A program made the translations under genes and the position numbers. From the NCBI GenBank assembly GCA_047495785.1, contig JBLDXI010000003.1:3286001-3350000 (forward strand): DNA of 64,000 nt. Reading direction: 5' to 3'. Origin of the DNA: Lepidodermella squamata (lineage: Eukaryota > Animalia > Gastrotricha). The notes beneath the pieces were generated by a model, which was given only the letters and a program-made list of their open reading frames with translations, had not been told where the DNA came from and did no database searches. This document shows positions 11,131 to 23,983 of this stretch, piece after piece (within the stretch, counting starts at the first letter, position 1; each line of letters opens with the position of its first letter).

Positions 11131-13482
11131 ATGAGCATGTTAAACTTCGTTATTCTCCTAGCGGTCCTGCATCTGTCGACTGGCCAACAGATGAAAAAGT
11201 ACAATTTGTCAATGGTTCAGATGTTTCCGAATTTCCATGAAGGATGCCCCGAGGCTCTCAAAATCATTGTAGATCACGTTAATAGTCGCCCCGATGTTTT
11301 GCCGGACTACAACATCGTACCTCATTACCAGGACGAGGTAGATCTCTGGGTTGGTTATGCCCCTATTCAAGCCCTAGTCAACTACGGCCGGGATTGGGAA
11401 AATCGTCCGAATGACGGCGTAAACATTCGATCACCTGTTTTTGTCGGCCCGTTTTTATCAATCGGATGCAAACCTTATGGCAAACCTCTGAAATACTTTG
11501 ATATGGTTGGCTTGTCCATCGCTTGTGCTGCCCCGAATTTGGCTGACCATATAGCTTATCCGAATCTGTACTTAATTCAGCCCACCGGGGAATTAGGCGC
11601 AATTTCACTGGTTCATTTCATGAAAGATGTCGGAAAGTGGTCGAAAGTCGGCATTGTGACTCTAGCAGCGTTTCCTAACGATTATTTAGCCGCGATTTAC
11701 GCCCAGAAATATTCAGCCCAAAGTGGAATTTTCGTTCCAGCATTCAACGCAATCCTTGACGTAACTGACGATTCATTGAACGAGTTGATATATCACGACA
11801 CACGGATAATTTTAGTCTATATCACCCAAGAGGCTATGTTGTGGAGGTTTCTTTGCAAATGCTACCTATCCGGCTTGACCGGGCCGAGGTATTTGTTCTT
11901 CTTGAATAATAATCTTGCAGGGGAACCCGACAAAATTCTGCCAGTTATGATAACCGATCCCTGGTGTAGTAGAAGCATCGTCCGGGAGCAATTGCGCTAC
12001 TCGATATTTTTCGGTCCAATCAACCAAATAATCGACGACAGTAGAAAAAGTGAGCTAGGCTACAATAAGACGGTTTTCGACGGTTGGCTGACTAAATTAT
12101 TACCAAAGCCAGTAGTTTCTTTGAAATACGTCTGCCATGATGCCACCTTAATGGCTATTTATGCCTTGCAAGATGCTGATAATCGCTTGAAAAAGGAGTT
12201 CAAAATGTCCCTACTCGACATGAACACAAATTCGACCTTTGTCATGAAAATCTTCAACGAATCTGTGATCAATGTCAATGTGTCCGGCTTACGAGGTCAA
12301 ATGAGGTTCAGTAAACGTGGTTTCAACGAAAATAGCCCTATTTTATACTCCTACTACGATCCGAATGGCTATCAAAATAAATACATGTCCATCGAGGTCG
12401 ATACATCGAAGGATTTCATGTTCTACGGTCGTTACAAAGTTTTGCAAATGGAACCCTGGGACTGGGCGGCTTGGCAGAATAACGGCCGCCCTCCTAAAGA
12501 TCGAGCTTTCACAGTTTCGTTAAAAAAGGACTTCCCTGATGACCTCGCTTTGGCACTCAGAATTCTAATAGGAATACTCTCGGTGCTTGAAATCGGAATG
12601 TTGGCTGCTACGATCGGATACAGGAATAAAACGGCATCTCCTGCAGTTAAGGTGGCTGGCTATTTAGGTTGCTTGGCACTAAATGCAGCTGGCATAGCCT
12701 TCACCGTTAAAAACAGCCAGGGCATGATCGTAATTGCTGCTGTTAGGATTTCAATATTGGTTTTCGCCATGTCGTTACTGAATGGCATTCTTTCATTTCG
12801 CTCGATTGTTTTGGCGAGGAAAAGGCCTACGCAGTTTAGGATGGGAAATGGTTCAAAGCCGACAACCCCGTCAGCTTCACTGGTTAACGCTAATCCAGGA
12901 GTTTCATGCCCCTCCCGGCTTTCTAGCCGTGCAGCGGCTTCATCGAATCGGAATCAGGCAAAAGTATTTGAGGACGGAATCGCTTTGAAAGTACTAGTTT
13001 CAGTCTTAATATTCCTCGTTGTCAATGTTGTTTCACTGGTGGTTTGGTTGAAGTTCGACTCGCTAACTTGCTATGATTTTCATGCCCGAAAACAGGACAA
13101 TTACGACGTAGTTAGCGATACATATTTCGACATTTCAATGGTGATCTGCTCGACGGAAAACGGGGCAGTTTGGATGTTCAGCATAACCCTTTTGCACTTG
13201 CTTCTGCTAGCATATGGCACGTATCAAGGCTACTGCGTTAAAGCCAAGCTAAAAACGCTGGCTCGCCGTGTCCGTGCGGATGTTCTGGGTGTGTGGCTTG
13301 GGACGATTAATGCAATATCCCTTTTGCTATGCACGGTACTCATCGTGGTGACTCTTGGCGATCAGATCAAGCAACACATTGCCGTTTCATTCGCTTGTCT
13401 ATTCTTCTCAGCTACCACTTGTCTGAGTTTGGGCCATAAAACGTTGAAGGATGTTTTCAAAAGGCAATCTTCCCAACGCTGA
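11131..13482 (+). CDS. Class C GPCR, GABA-B-receptor-like (Venus flytrap domain + 7TM), intronless, 783 aa
   Basis: Signal peptide; ANF-receptor-like motifs (VDHVNSRPDVLPDY, YPNLY, WSKVGIV, FLCKCY..GLTGPRYLF, GLRGQMRF, GRPPKDR); seven hydrophobic segments; no Cys-rich linker. Confidence 0.85.
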   Translation: MSMLNFVILLAVLHLSTGQQMKKYNLSMVQMFPNFHEGCPEALKIIVDHVNSRPDVLPDYNIVPHYQDEVDLWVGYAPIQALVNYGRDWENRPNDGVNIRSPVFVGPFLSIGCKPYGKPLKYFDMVGLSIACAAPNLADHIAYPNLYLIQPTGELGAISLVHFMKDVGKWSKVGIVTLAAFPNDYLAAIYAQKYSAQSGIFVPAFNAILDVTDDSLNELIYHDTRIILVYITQEAMLWRFLCKCYLSGLTGPRYLFFLNNNLAGEPDKILPVMITDPWCSRSIVREQLRYSIFFGPINQIIDDSRKSELGYNKTVFDGWLTKLLPKPVVSLKYVCHDATLMAIYALQDADNRLKKEFKMSLLDMNTNSTFVMKIFNESVINVNVSGLRGQMRFSKRGFNENSPILYSYYDPNGYQNKYMSIEVDTSKDFMFYGRYKVLQMEPWDWAAWQNNGRPPKDRAFTVSLKKDFPDDLALALRILIGILSVLEIGMLAATIGYRNKTASPAVKVAGYLGCLALNAAGIAFTVKNSQGMIVIAAVRISILVFAMSLLNGILSFRSIVLARKRPTQFRMGNGSKPTTPSASLVNANPGVSCPSRLSSRAAASSNRNQAKVFEDGIALKVLVSVLIFLVVNVVSLVVWLKFDSLTCYDFHARKQDNYDVVSDTYFDISMVICSTENGAVWMFSITLLHLLLLAYGTYQGYCVKAKLKTLARRVRADVLGVWLGTINAISLLLCTVLIVVTLGDQIKQHIAVSFACLFFSATTCLSLGHKTLKDVFKRQSSQR

Positions 13483-14195
13483 TATCATTTATTTCATGTT
13501 TGTTTTAAAGTTATTGAACTTCATCATGATCTCAACCGTGAAAACGTCTATGTAAATCAAAATTTGAATATTTATTTTACCTATTTATTTATATTACAAC
13601 CGGTTGAATTCAACGAATTCTCCCTATTGAATGATTTCCTTTCCCAACGGCGTGAAAAATCGTAATTTAGGCCTCAGTGTTAAATAAAAGGTAAAATTGA
13701 CGTTGATTTTCTATTGACGTTGGAAAATCCCTTATTTTCAAAATCAATACTCAAAATAATTCTCGTATAATTCCAAATCGAAATCGGCGCTTCGGCGGCT
13801 GCTGAAGATCATGGAAGCCATTGAAGGTCGTACCATAAATTCCTTTTAAAAAGCGATTGTCGATTGTTGCGCCATAATCTGGGTCTAATAATTAGATCTA
13901 ATTCTTGGGTCTGATTTTTGGCTCTAATCCAAAATTTCGACGTTATTTCACAGTCATTTTCAAAGACCTGCTCAGAACTTGTGGCCCCATACATGTCGGT
14001 TTTACTTCGTTACCATAATCACGATCTAGCAAAACTGGGAGAACGAAGCACGATTTCGTGCCGCAAACATCCATTATCAATATTCTACGGGGCTAGAGAT
14101 ACAGCACAAAAATGACGTCTAGACTTTCAAGGGGGTGTTGACTTTTCGAAACTGAGAATTCGGCTTCCGCATGCATCCGCATGCATCGCCTTCAT

Positions 14196-14806
14196 CTACC
14201 ACTCAGATTCAAGATAAACATCGATGATGAAAGAGTGAACTGCAATGCCAGCTAGAAGACACAAGCCCAAAACGATGAAATCAAAAATTCTGACGAGACC
14301 GCCGTTTTTGACGAAAAAAGCGGGCAAGCCGGGATAACCAAGCTTGTCATCTATCTGACGCCAGAGTCTTTCGTAACAGCAAGCCACAAACTGGTAAACA
14401 GTGCAGCAACTAGCCAACCAAAACATCGAAAATACGTAATCGACTAGGAGAATTCGCTGGGAGGTTTTGGCGACGTTGCTAGAGACCGTCGATTGCGCGA
14501 CGCCCATCGCCAGCAAAACAGTCATTGAGAAGGCGGGACGGTCAGGCTCAGTTGGCGGGATGGCGAATGAGGCAATTTCAACGATATACAACACAGCGCT
14601 TGGTATCAATAGGTTATAAATGAAATACGACGGATTGCGAACCATAGAGGCTACGTAAAATACAGCGCTAGATTTCGTTCCTTTGTAGCTGATAGTCGAG
14701 ATGTTGTAACCGTGCCCGACGAAATTCCATCTGTCCTCGTCGTCGTTGCCCTGCAGAGCGAAAATAGGATCGCTAAACGTCATGAATTCCTCCCCGTGAT
14801 GAGAAG
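14196..14806 (-). pseudogene. 5'-truncated duplicate of the Cys-loop channel gene (end of ECD plus M1-M4 only)
   Basis: Highly similar to the C-terminal ~195 aa of ORF 19070-20281. Similarity stops at ~14806, so the Cys-loop is absent. Confidence 0.75.
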
Positions 14807-16160
14807 GCGACTGCTAGTCAATTAAAACCAAACTTATTCATCGCTTTGCACTCGGCTGCGCGGTGTGTTAAAAACAATCGACAAAAACAGCAGTAGCAGA
14901 ATAACAACAATAACAGCAGTTCGGGGTAATAACAATAATGAGCGATTGATTACTAATTGTCAAAAAGTGAAAAAAACGCGAGCCGGAAAAAACACACACA
15001 ACGACCGCACGCGCGGCAGTGATTTCTCTCGGCTTCTTTCGTGCTACTGCTGGCCGATTTAATTGATTGACAGTAGTAGCAGGGCTGTTTATTATTGTTA
15101 TTATTACTCTACTCAGGCGTAATTGACGCGCACGGAAAAAGAACGACGGCTAAGAAATCACGAATATACATACATACAGGACAACAAGTGTTGTCGCGCA
15201 ACGGCTACTTACCTTCTAAACATCCATCACTTACTACTATTACTACTGTACTGCTACTACTACGACGGCGCGGCTAATTTTGTTGTTTCTTTTAGCGCGC
15301 GGACAAATAACAACAAAAACAGCGCGCCTAATCGAGGGCGTGTGCGCGCGAGTGTCGCAATCGCGAGCGCGCACACCTGAGTTTGTGTGTCACCTTTTTT
15401 CGATGCAATCCACTCGAGGCTGTCGCGAGTCAAACAATGATGACGATGACAGGTCGCCGCCGCGCGCAATAAGATTTTCATCAATAATAATATTACAAGT
15501 ATTGCATCTCCATTCAGATTACCTATCGCAACAATATACAAAACCATTACTACCAACTAAACGCAGCAGTAGCAGCAGATGCTAGTATGTAGTAAATCAA
15601 CACATTGTTGCCGCCTCAAGTGGGAAAAACTCAAATACAAACAATATTCTCACAAATTCATCAGAAACGTTAAACAATTCTGAAAATGTAAATTTCAACA
15701 AAATTAATGCATTATTTTGGGCGTTAATTGAGAAATCATCATCATATGTGAGGTCAAACTGCAAGGTAGAATGAACTGAAATGAGGCATGGCCGAAGAAG
15801 GTCATCCTCGTAATGATACATCTAAGACGTGAGAAAAACTGTCGAAAGTAAATCTCGACATACAAGCTATTCAGGGTCTTTCTGGATTCGCGATGCTATT
15901 TAAATGTAATGTTTAGAGCTCATAAAAAGCTGAAATGAATTAAGCTTCAAATTAGAATCCGGAATAACTTGAATTCTAAAACGAAAACTTGAGTATTATA
16001 GCCATTTTTGTCAATTTTAATTACTGAGCTGAGGCGCAAACCCGGCATAAACAGAAATTAAACGGTATTTTTGAACGGTATTTCACCACGATTCTTCAAA
16101 TTAACTAAACTACTTGGCATTTTTGAAATTCTTAATTCTGAATTTTGGAAAACTTTGAAA

Positions 16161-16228
16161 ATCTTAGTGGAACCAGTGAATCCACCCGACCAATCAGATA
16201 ATTGTGGATTCACTGGTTCCACTAAGAT
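16161..16228. repeat. Perfect 25-bp inverted repeat with 18-nt spacer
   Basis: atcttagtggaaccagtgaatccac (16161-16185) and its exact reverse complement (16204-16228). Confidence 0.9.
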
Positions 16229-17260
16229 ATTTGAATTTTTTTCGTCTCGGCCACGGATGCTAGTTTGGTCTAATACCTTTATAGTAATACCTGTATTCTA
16301 TAACCAAATGATGACGACGAAGAGATAGATGATTTTTAATTGCTTGAGAAGATGAAATTTGAAGAAAAAGATTGCACTGAATAAAAGTCACTTGAATGTT
16401 CCAAGTTCTGTTTCTGAAAAGGGTTCTGGATTTAGGGTTCCAGCAGAAAATCTCCCCAAAATTGGGGTTTTCTGGTTTCTAGTTCTTACAAATCAATTAT
16501 TTATTTCGATATCAGCGCAATCTAAGAAAAACTAATATTAAACTATTTCTACAGACTTGTGGTACAAGTTGGCTATAGGAAAAAATTTACAATTTACAAT
16601 TACACAAGTAAGGAAACTTTCGAAATCGCGAAAATTCGGAAACATTTAACCTCAATTTTAGTGTTGCGCATCTTTGGACCCTACCGATTCGAACTTGAAG
16701 CCCGGCCGAAATCGCTCACCGTGCCGATGATTTCATTTTAGCTTAATTTTGAGTTGGAGGAGAGGCTCTGGTCCTATTTTTCGAGATTATTGATAGACAA
16801 CTTTCGTTAATAGAAACTTTGTTTCGAGCCTATAAAATTTGAAATTTGAAGGTGTCTCAAGCCAAGTCATGAGAATTTTTGTTGAATTATAAAAAATGGC
16901 AGCTGACTCATGACCCGCGCATTAGGCTATCACCTTTTTTACTGCTAAATAAAAAAACTCACTTGGGGTTGCTCTTACGCACACAGCCGTGCTAGGTGCT
17001 AGGCTGTTCTGCACTTGCGTCATGCCTATAACCAGAAAACATATTTACGAAACATTGTTGGCAACGTTTCCACCGTTTCAATAGTTTGAAAATTGGCAAC
17101 AACAAGGCGATATCGATGCCAACAGCCAGAAAAACTGGCCTTACCAACGGTATTTAAACGCTGCAGGAATGGTTTACAGGCATCAAGCAACAATTTTTCA
17201 ACTCAAAGCAATTCAAAGCTAATTTTTCTCTAAATTTCAACGTGAATTTCAAGCTCCATC

Positions 17261-18330
<1,070 letters not shown>

Positions 18331-18734
18331 ACCCAGCATAAGGGGATATCAATAGCTTTACACAATTTGACTTTAATGTGATAATTTACTGGAAATTTTG
18401 GCTATTGGGAATGCTACGTTTTATCAATAAACTAATGTATAATTGACATTATCTGTGTGATTTCCCACGTCTGATAGCCAGCCATGGGCGGTTGATTATT
18501 ATTCAGCATATTGCTGCAATGGGGCGACTGCCGAATTGCAGAACAGGGATTTCAAAATCACCTTCAGCCTAAATCTGAAAGTGGAACGTGGCAAGCATAG
18601 ACAACAATTTTACATCATGTCATTGCACCTTACAGTTAATAATTCATACATCAAAATGGCACTAATGACTTTTTGAGCTATGGCTAACGGACAACGTATA
18701 TGTTGGTGTCACTTGGTTACCATCATCACCATCT

Positions 18735-18902
18735 AGCCACAATAAGCTGCTATACAGTGCAGCAACTAGCCAACCCGAACATTGAATAGACGTAATCGAC
18801 TAGGAGAATTCGCTGGGAGGTTTTAGCGACGTTGCTAGAGACTGTTGATTTGCGCGACGTCCATCGCAAGCAGAACAGCCATTGAAAACGCGGGGCGGTC
18901 AG
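18735..18902 (-). pseudogene. Small degenerate M2-M3 fragment of the Cys-loop channel gene
   Basis: Encodes DRPAFSMAVLLAM and STVSSNVAKTSQRILLVDYVYSMF in different frames. Confidence 0.75.
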
Positions 18903-19069
18903 AAAAGAGAACAAAGCACAATATAGAGCTAATGCTAGAGATAAAACACAAAAATGCCGTCCAGACATTTAAGGGTGATTTAAGGGGGTGTTGAATTGTT
19001 GCGAAACCATGTGACTTCACTTGCGAAACCGACTTCACGCATTAGAATCGCAGCTGTGCCTCGCATCTG

Positions 19070-22000
19070 CTAGGCAGAATCAAGGTAAACCTTGATGATG
19101 AAAGAGTGAACTATAAGGCCAGCGAGGAGACACAAGCTCAAAATGATGAGATCGAAAATTCTGATGAGACCGCCGTTTCTGACAACAACAGCAGGCAAGC
19201 CGGGATTACCTAGCTTGTCATCTATCTCACGCCATAATCTTTCGTAGCAGCAAGCCACAAGCTGATAAACAGTGCAGCAACTAGCCAGCCAGAACATCGA
19301 AAATACGTAGTCGACTAGGAGAATTCGCTGGGAGGTTTTGGCGACGTTGCTAGAGACTGTCGATTGCGCGACGCCCATCGCAAGCAGAACAGCCATTGAA
19401 AACGCGGGGCGGTCAGGGTCAGTTGTCGGGATGGCGAATGAGGCTATTTCAACGATATACAACACAGCGCTTGGAATTATTAGGTTGTAAACGAAATACG
19501 ACGGGTTTCGAACAATTGAGACTACGTAAAATACAGCGCTAGATTTCGTTCCTTTGTAGCTGATAGTCGAGATGTTGTAACCGTGCCCGACGAAATTCCA
19601 TCTGTCCTGATCGTCGTTGTCCTGCAGAGCGAAAATTGGATCGCTAAACGTCATGTATTTCACCCCGTAATTGAGAGAAAAAACCAATGCACATGTTTGC
19701 TTGTCGAATGGGTAGTTGTTAAGTTCCATGCTACAGGAAGCTGTGAACTTTCCCTCTTTCAGCCAGAAAAATTGGACCGTTCGATTTGGTGATTGATCAG
19801 ACTTTGAAGTGACAGCGATTAGGTCTTCGCCGAACTCGTCAGAGTATTGCATGTAGACACTGCCATCACCACCATTGACAAATCGGAACGAAGGCGTCCA
19901 TATTTCGGAGGATTTGGCTACGTACAACTGCTCGTAGGGCCGTTCTGTGAAAATGTCCTTACTATCAGCCGAGCAGGTATCGACTGTCCACTTAAGTAGG
20001 ACATTGCCAGATACAGAAAACGTTTCCTGGACCACATCAACGTCGAGTAGTTTTTGTAAGCCAAACGCAGGTCGAATGACGAGAGGAGACGAGTCTGAAG
20101 TCGGTGGAACAGCTCTTAAAGGAATAAAGTCTTTGCACTCGTCGGCCAACTGCTTAGCTGTTATGTTTGCGAACGGCAGCCCTGTTTCGAAGAGCACAGT
20201 CAATAGTTGGTCGAAAATTCGTTTCGCTGAGCCGCCATAGTCATCAACCGTCTTGGCGAAAGCTGCCACATCTTGAAACAATCATTCAATTAATATAAAT
20301 TATGAAGAGACGATGAACTCTCACCAAGTTTATCAGTGCTGAAAAGCATGACATCTTTCTGTCCAATCTTTGCAGGCTCTTCGACGGTCGAAGTAGAGAC
20401 AGTGAAGGCAGTGGAGGCAGTTGAATCCTGCAAATGATATGGCTGAAAATGGGATTTTATTGTGGAATTGGTGATTTACTTTCTCTAGTGCAAGAGTTGA
20501 GCTTATAGTAGGGGCAAGTCGAGATAATATAAGTGTGGAGGTGATTGTCTTTGGCGATGGCGTTATGCTTGCTGACGATGATGGACTGGAACTCGAGCCT
20601 CGGGTTGTTGTTATTGCAGTAGAAGTTGTGCTTGCTGATACCGTAGAAGTTGAAAGTGAAGTAGAGCCCGTAGTTGTTGTTGTAGCGTTTGATGGCATGG
20701 CGCAATCGTAGAAACTTACGGAGCGTACTTCGGTGGTTAGTGGGTTTGATACATTATCACGGCCTCGGTTGCTTGCAGTAATTCCGAGATAGTAATTGCC
20801 GGCTCCAATGAAGCTCTTCAGTGAAGCGCTCATATTTATATTTCTCAAAAAGTTCACACAATATGTGTTGTCGAAATTGCAAGCGTTTATCGACAACGAT
20901 TGGTTCGTAATACGCACTTGCCAAGTCGATCTGCCCATGATGTATGAACTGAGAACAAGTTGGCTCATAGAACGCGGCGAGCACCAATCGAGCGGGTTGG
21001 CACCGGTGCAACCTTCGTACCAGTATTTGCTTGAATTTGGAGAAGTGTAGATTGCTCCCATTATACCATGGCGTAGGTAAGGTTGGAAAAATAGGGTTAG
21101 GCCTAAAATACACGAGAATAATTTTTGAAAAAGAATGCTGGCTATACCTGTGCGCTGATCCATGGCGACGCCGAAGTCGTATTTTATTGAAGAGTTGTAA
21201 TAGCTAGGATGAGTTCCGCCGGGCGGCCGCACTATTCCATTCTGATTAGTTACGGCAAGCTGGAAGCCATATGGCCAAAAAGACAATGCATTTCCAACGT
21301 AATTCGTACAGTTTCCTTGCAGATCCATGCTGAATGCGACGTATATGTCCGTGCCTGCCGTCAGTGCCTATAACTAAAATTATTTAACTGCTGTGTAATC
21401 CTTGAATATTTACGGTTTGCGCCCATAAGGCGGCATTTTCACCAGCTACAGAAGAAAGAAGCCGAACGTTGCCCGGAGTCACTCCAGTGCTGTTCAAATT
21501 GAACGGAGGATAGTAGTCCCATCGCGACAGATCTGCTGGCGAGGTGTATGACCACTCTTGGCGAAATGTTCCACTCGGACAGGCAAGCTCCGAAGGACTG
21601 ACAGGCGAAGGCACAGGTACTGTTCCACAATCCCATGTATCGACCTTGAATATGTCCAAGTTGACGTAGCTCCCTATAGGATGTGCGGCGATTACTCCCA
21701 GCGACATTTGCGCTGATGCAAACGAGGTCTGAAGCGACTCACCCAAGTCAATGTTCGACATAGTTGTCATACAGTTTGTCGAATTAAATATACAGACGTC
21801 AACCGTGAAATAGCGCTGTTGAACGCGCAGTTTCAAGGTCGCTTTTGTTTTCAGGTACGTATCAATAAACGATTGAGACGTGCTGGAGCAAAAACTGGCT
21901 TGTGTGCTTGTGGGCTTGCAGTTATCAATCCACTTTGTGGCGTTTGGCTCCTGTGTAATAATATTGGCCCTGATATATTTGGCGCTGCTCACAGTGTCCA

Positions 22001-22549
22001 CGGCCGCCGTGAAACCTAATTCGGAAATGCTAGTAAAATATTCATATCAAAACATTGTCTGCACAAACCGATATGATCATCCCTCGAGACGCCGTATTCC
22101 TTTCTGACGTCAGAGTTACTCAATTCGCCGCTAGGAGTTCGAACAATACCATTCTGATTTGACAAAATTATTGCGAAGCCAGAAGGACTGTTTGAGCCTT
22201 GAGTCAAATTTGTCATCGAAAAGGTCAACTCGATGTAGAAGTCGTCCAGCTTGAAAGGCTTTGGAAAGGGTATGAAAAAATCATTTGATAAGTACCTAAC
22301 ATCTGAATTTCATACCGCTCTAGCCCACATGGCGCCGTTTTGATTTTCTACCTGAGACACAAGCCTTACGGCATCAGCTGGTTTAGATGTAGTCACCAAA
22401 CCAATGGGCGGATAATACTCCCAAAGCGTTGGCAAGTCTGAAAGCCCTTGGAATGATAATGTTGGTTGGTATTGGCCGGTATTCGAGCATGTCAAAACCA
22501 CGTTTTGGTCGATTATGACCAGTGCAAAAAGGAAAATTATTGTCTGCAT
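19070..22549 (-). CDS. Multidomain Cys-loop ligand-gated ion channel subunit: signal peptide, 2x L-type-lectin-like domains, Ser/Thr stalk, ECD, 4TM (~1057 aa; exons 22549-22316, 22258-22069, 22015-21414, 21367-21148, 21102-20480, 20427-20325, 20271-19070)
   Basis: Six GT..AG introns of 45-57 nt, all phase-compatible. Cys-loop CSMELNNYPFDKQTC (C-x13-C), IWTP, M1-M4. Lectin-like motifs VRLVSQVENQNGAMW..PF...GFAIILSNQNG occur twice. Confidence 0.8.
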
Positions 22550-23983
22550 TTCGTTAGAGGTTCGATTCCGCAAAAAGTCATTTGCGAATATTTTTTTCAA
22601 ATAGGTAGCGGAGCCTGCACGTCAATCCGATGTTATCAATAATTCATGGTCAGCCTGAAACCTGAAACTTCAAGGGATGTAAACTCTGCAGTTTTGCAAA
22701 ATAGAAGATGCAACAAATAGCTTTTTACAAGTGAGAAATTTATTTAATGGTCTAATGACGGAAACCTTTATTCATGAAAAATTCATGAATATAAAACGAG
22801 ATGCGCAGTTCGAAGGCAAGCTCATGCGGATCAACAGGCTTAAATAGGCTTATTAGCTAGGGTCGAATCTGGTGCAAATCCAAGGAATGAATCTTTTAGG
22901 CTGAAATTATAGCCCATAATATCATCATAATTGAGGCAGTGGCTAAGCCAGTGATGTTCAGCATGTTTTTATTGCATTAAGAAAACTTCAGGCTTGAATA
23001 AAAGTATGTGAATACATCGTTTTTTCCCGCAATCTCGCATCTCCTTAAACACGGGAACAAACTTCGTTAACTTAGTCAGTGTTTCGGCTGTTCAAGTTTT
23101 GGATAAGCCATTTGCAGCAATTCGATTTACCTCGGCAAAAACTGCTGGCTGAGACGGTTGGTTGTGCGAATGCTGATTGTCGCAACCTGTGCGTTCTTCA
23201 CACATCCGGCGGAATAGTAGCTAAGCGTTGCCTGGCCTTCTCTGAAAATACCTTGACTCCGCATGGTCATAAGATGAACCGGTCCCGAATAGGATCACAT
23301 CCAGGAAACCTACAAGCCCATTGGTTTCCGTGCAAGTTTTCCCAGACCAGGCGCCGGTTAGAAATTGAGAGCAGACGCGGGATTTACAGGTTCCAGTACC
23401 ACTGCCGGCTGTTATTTGAAATGCCATGAAATGGCGAGATTCGAAGCGCCACAGGCGATTCATTTTAGAACCGAAAGCTGTTTGCATCTTGACCTTATTC
23501 TTGACTTCATTTCCTGCGAGACAGTTTTAAATTACAGTTGTTATGAAGTAGCCAAAACCCAGCACAGTCTACAACCTTAACCTGAGCGAAACTTGTCATC
23601 ATTCAAGTTAATACTCAAAATAATTCTCGTATTATTCCAAATGGAATTTATCGGCTCTTCATGCTGAAGATCATGGAAGTCGTACCAGAAATTCCCGTGG
23701 AAAGCTGCCGGAAACGACACAGTCATTGGCGAGGCCTGCAATACATCTAGTGACGAAAATACAAAGCTTTTAGTAGGACAGAGCCGTTCATATCGTCATA
23801 AACGCGCTGATACAGGTTCCCTAGCTTGGACCGATGCTTGGGCATCTGGCTAGCTGGACTTGTCTGGCAAACGAAAGGCCCCTTGTCACACCCCGAGCTT
23901 TCAACAATGGGATTCATGTCTTTTTCAAGTTCTAATTATTCATTTTTCAGTATGAAGAAAATGACCTGAATTAATTTTTTCCC

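Noticed and set aside
14865-15821. Short overlapping ORFs in a low-complexity region
   Set aside because: No recognisable domain or consistent splice model; may be UTR or promoter sequence.
20333-22600. A stand-alone lectin/mucin gene separate from the channel
   Set aside because: The ORF's Cys/His-rich tail is intron read-through. In-frame splicing to the channel is available, and the channel has no signal peptide of its own.
23079-23580. Short ORFs between the channel gene and the spectraplakin
   Set aside because: Could not assign a product or a coherent exon structure.
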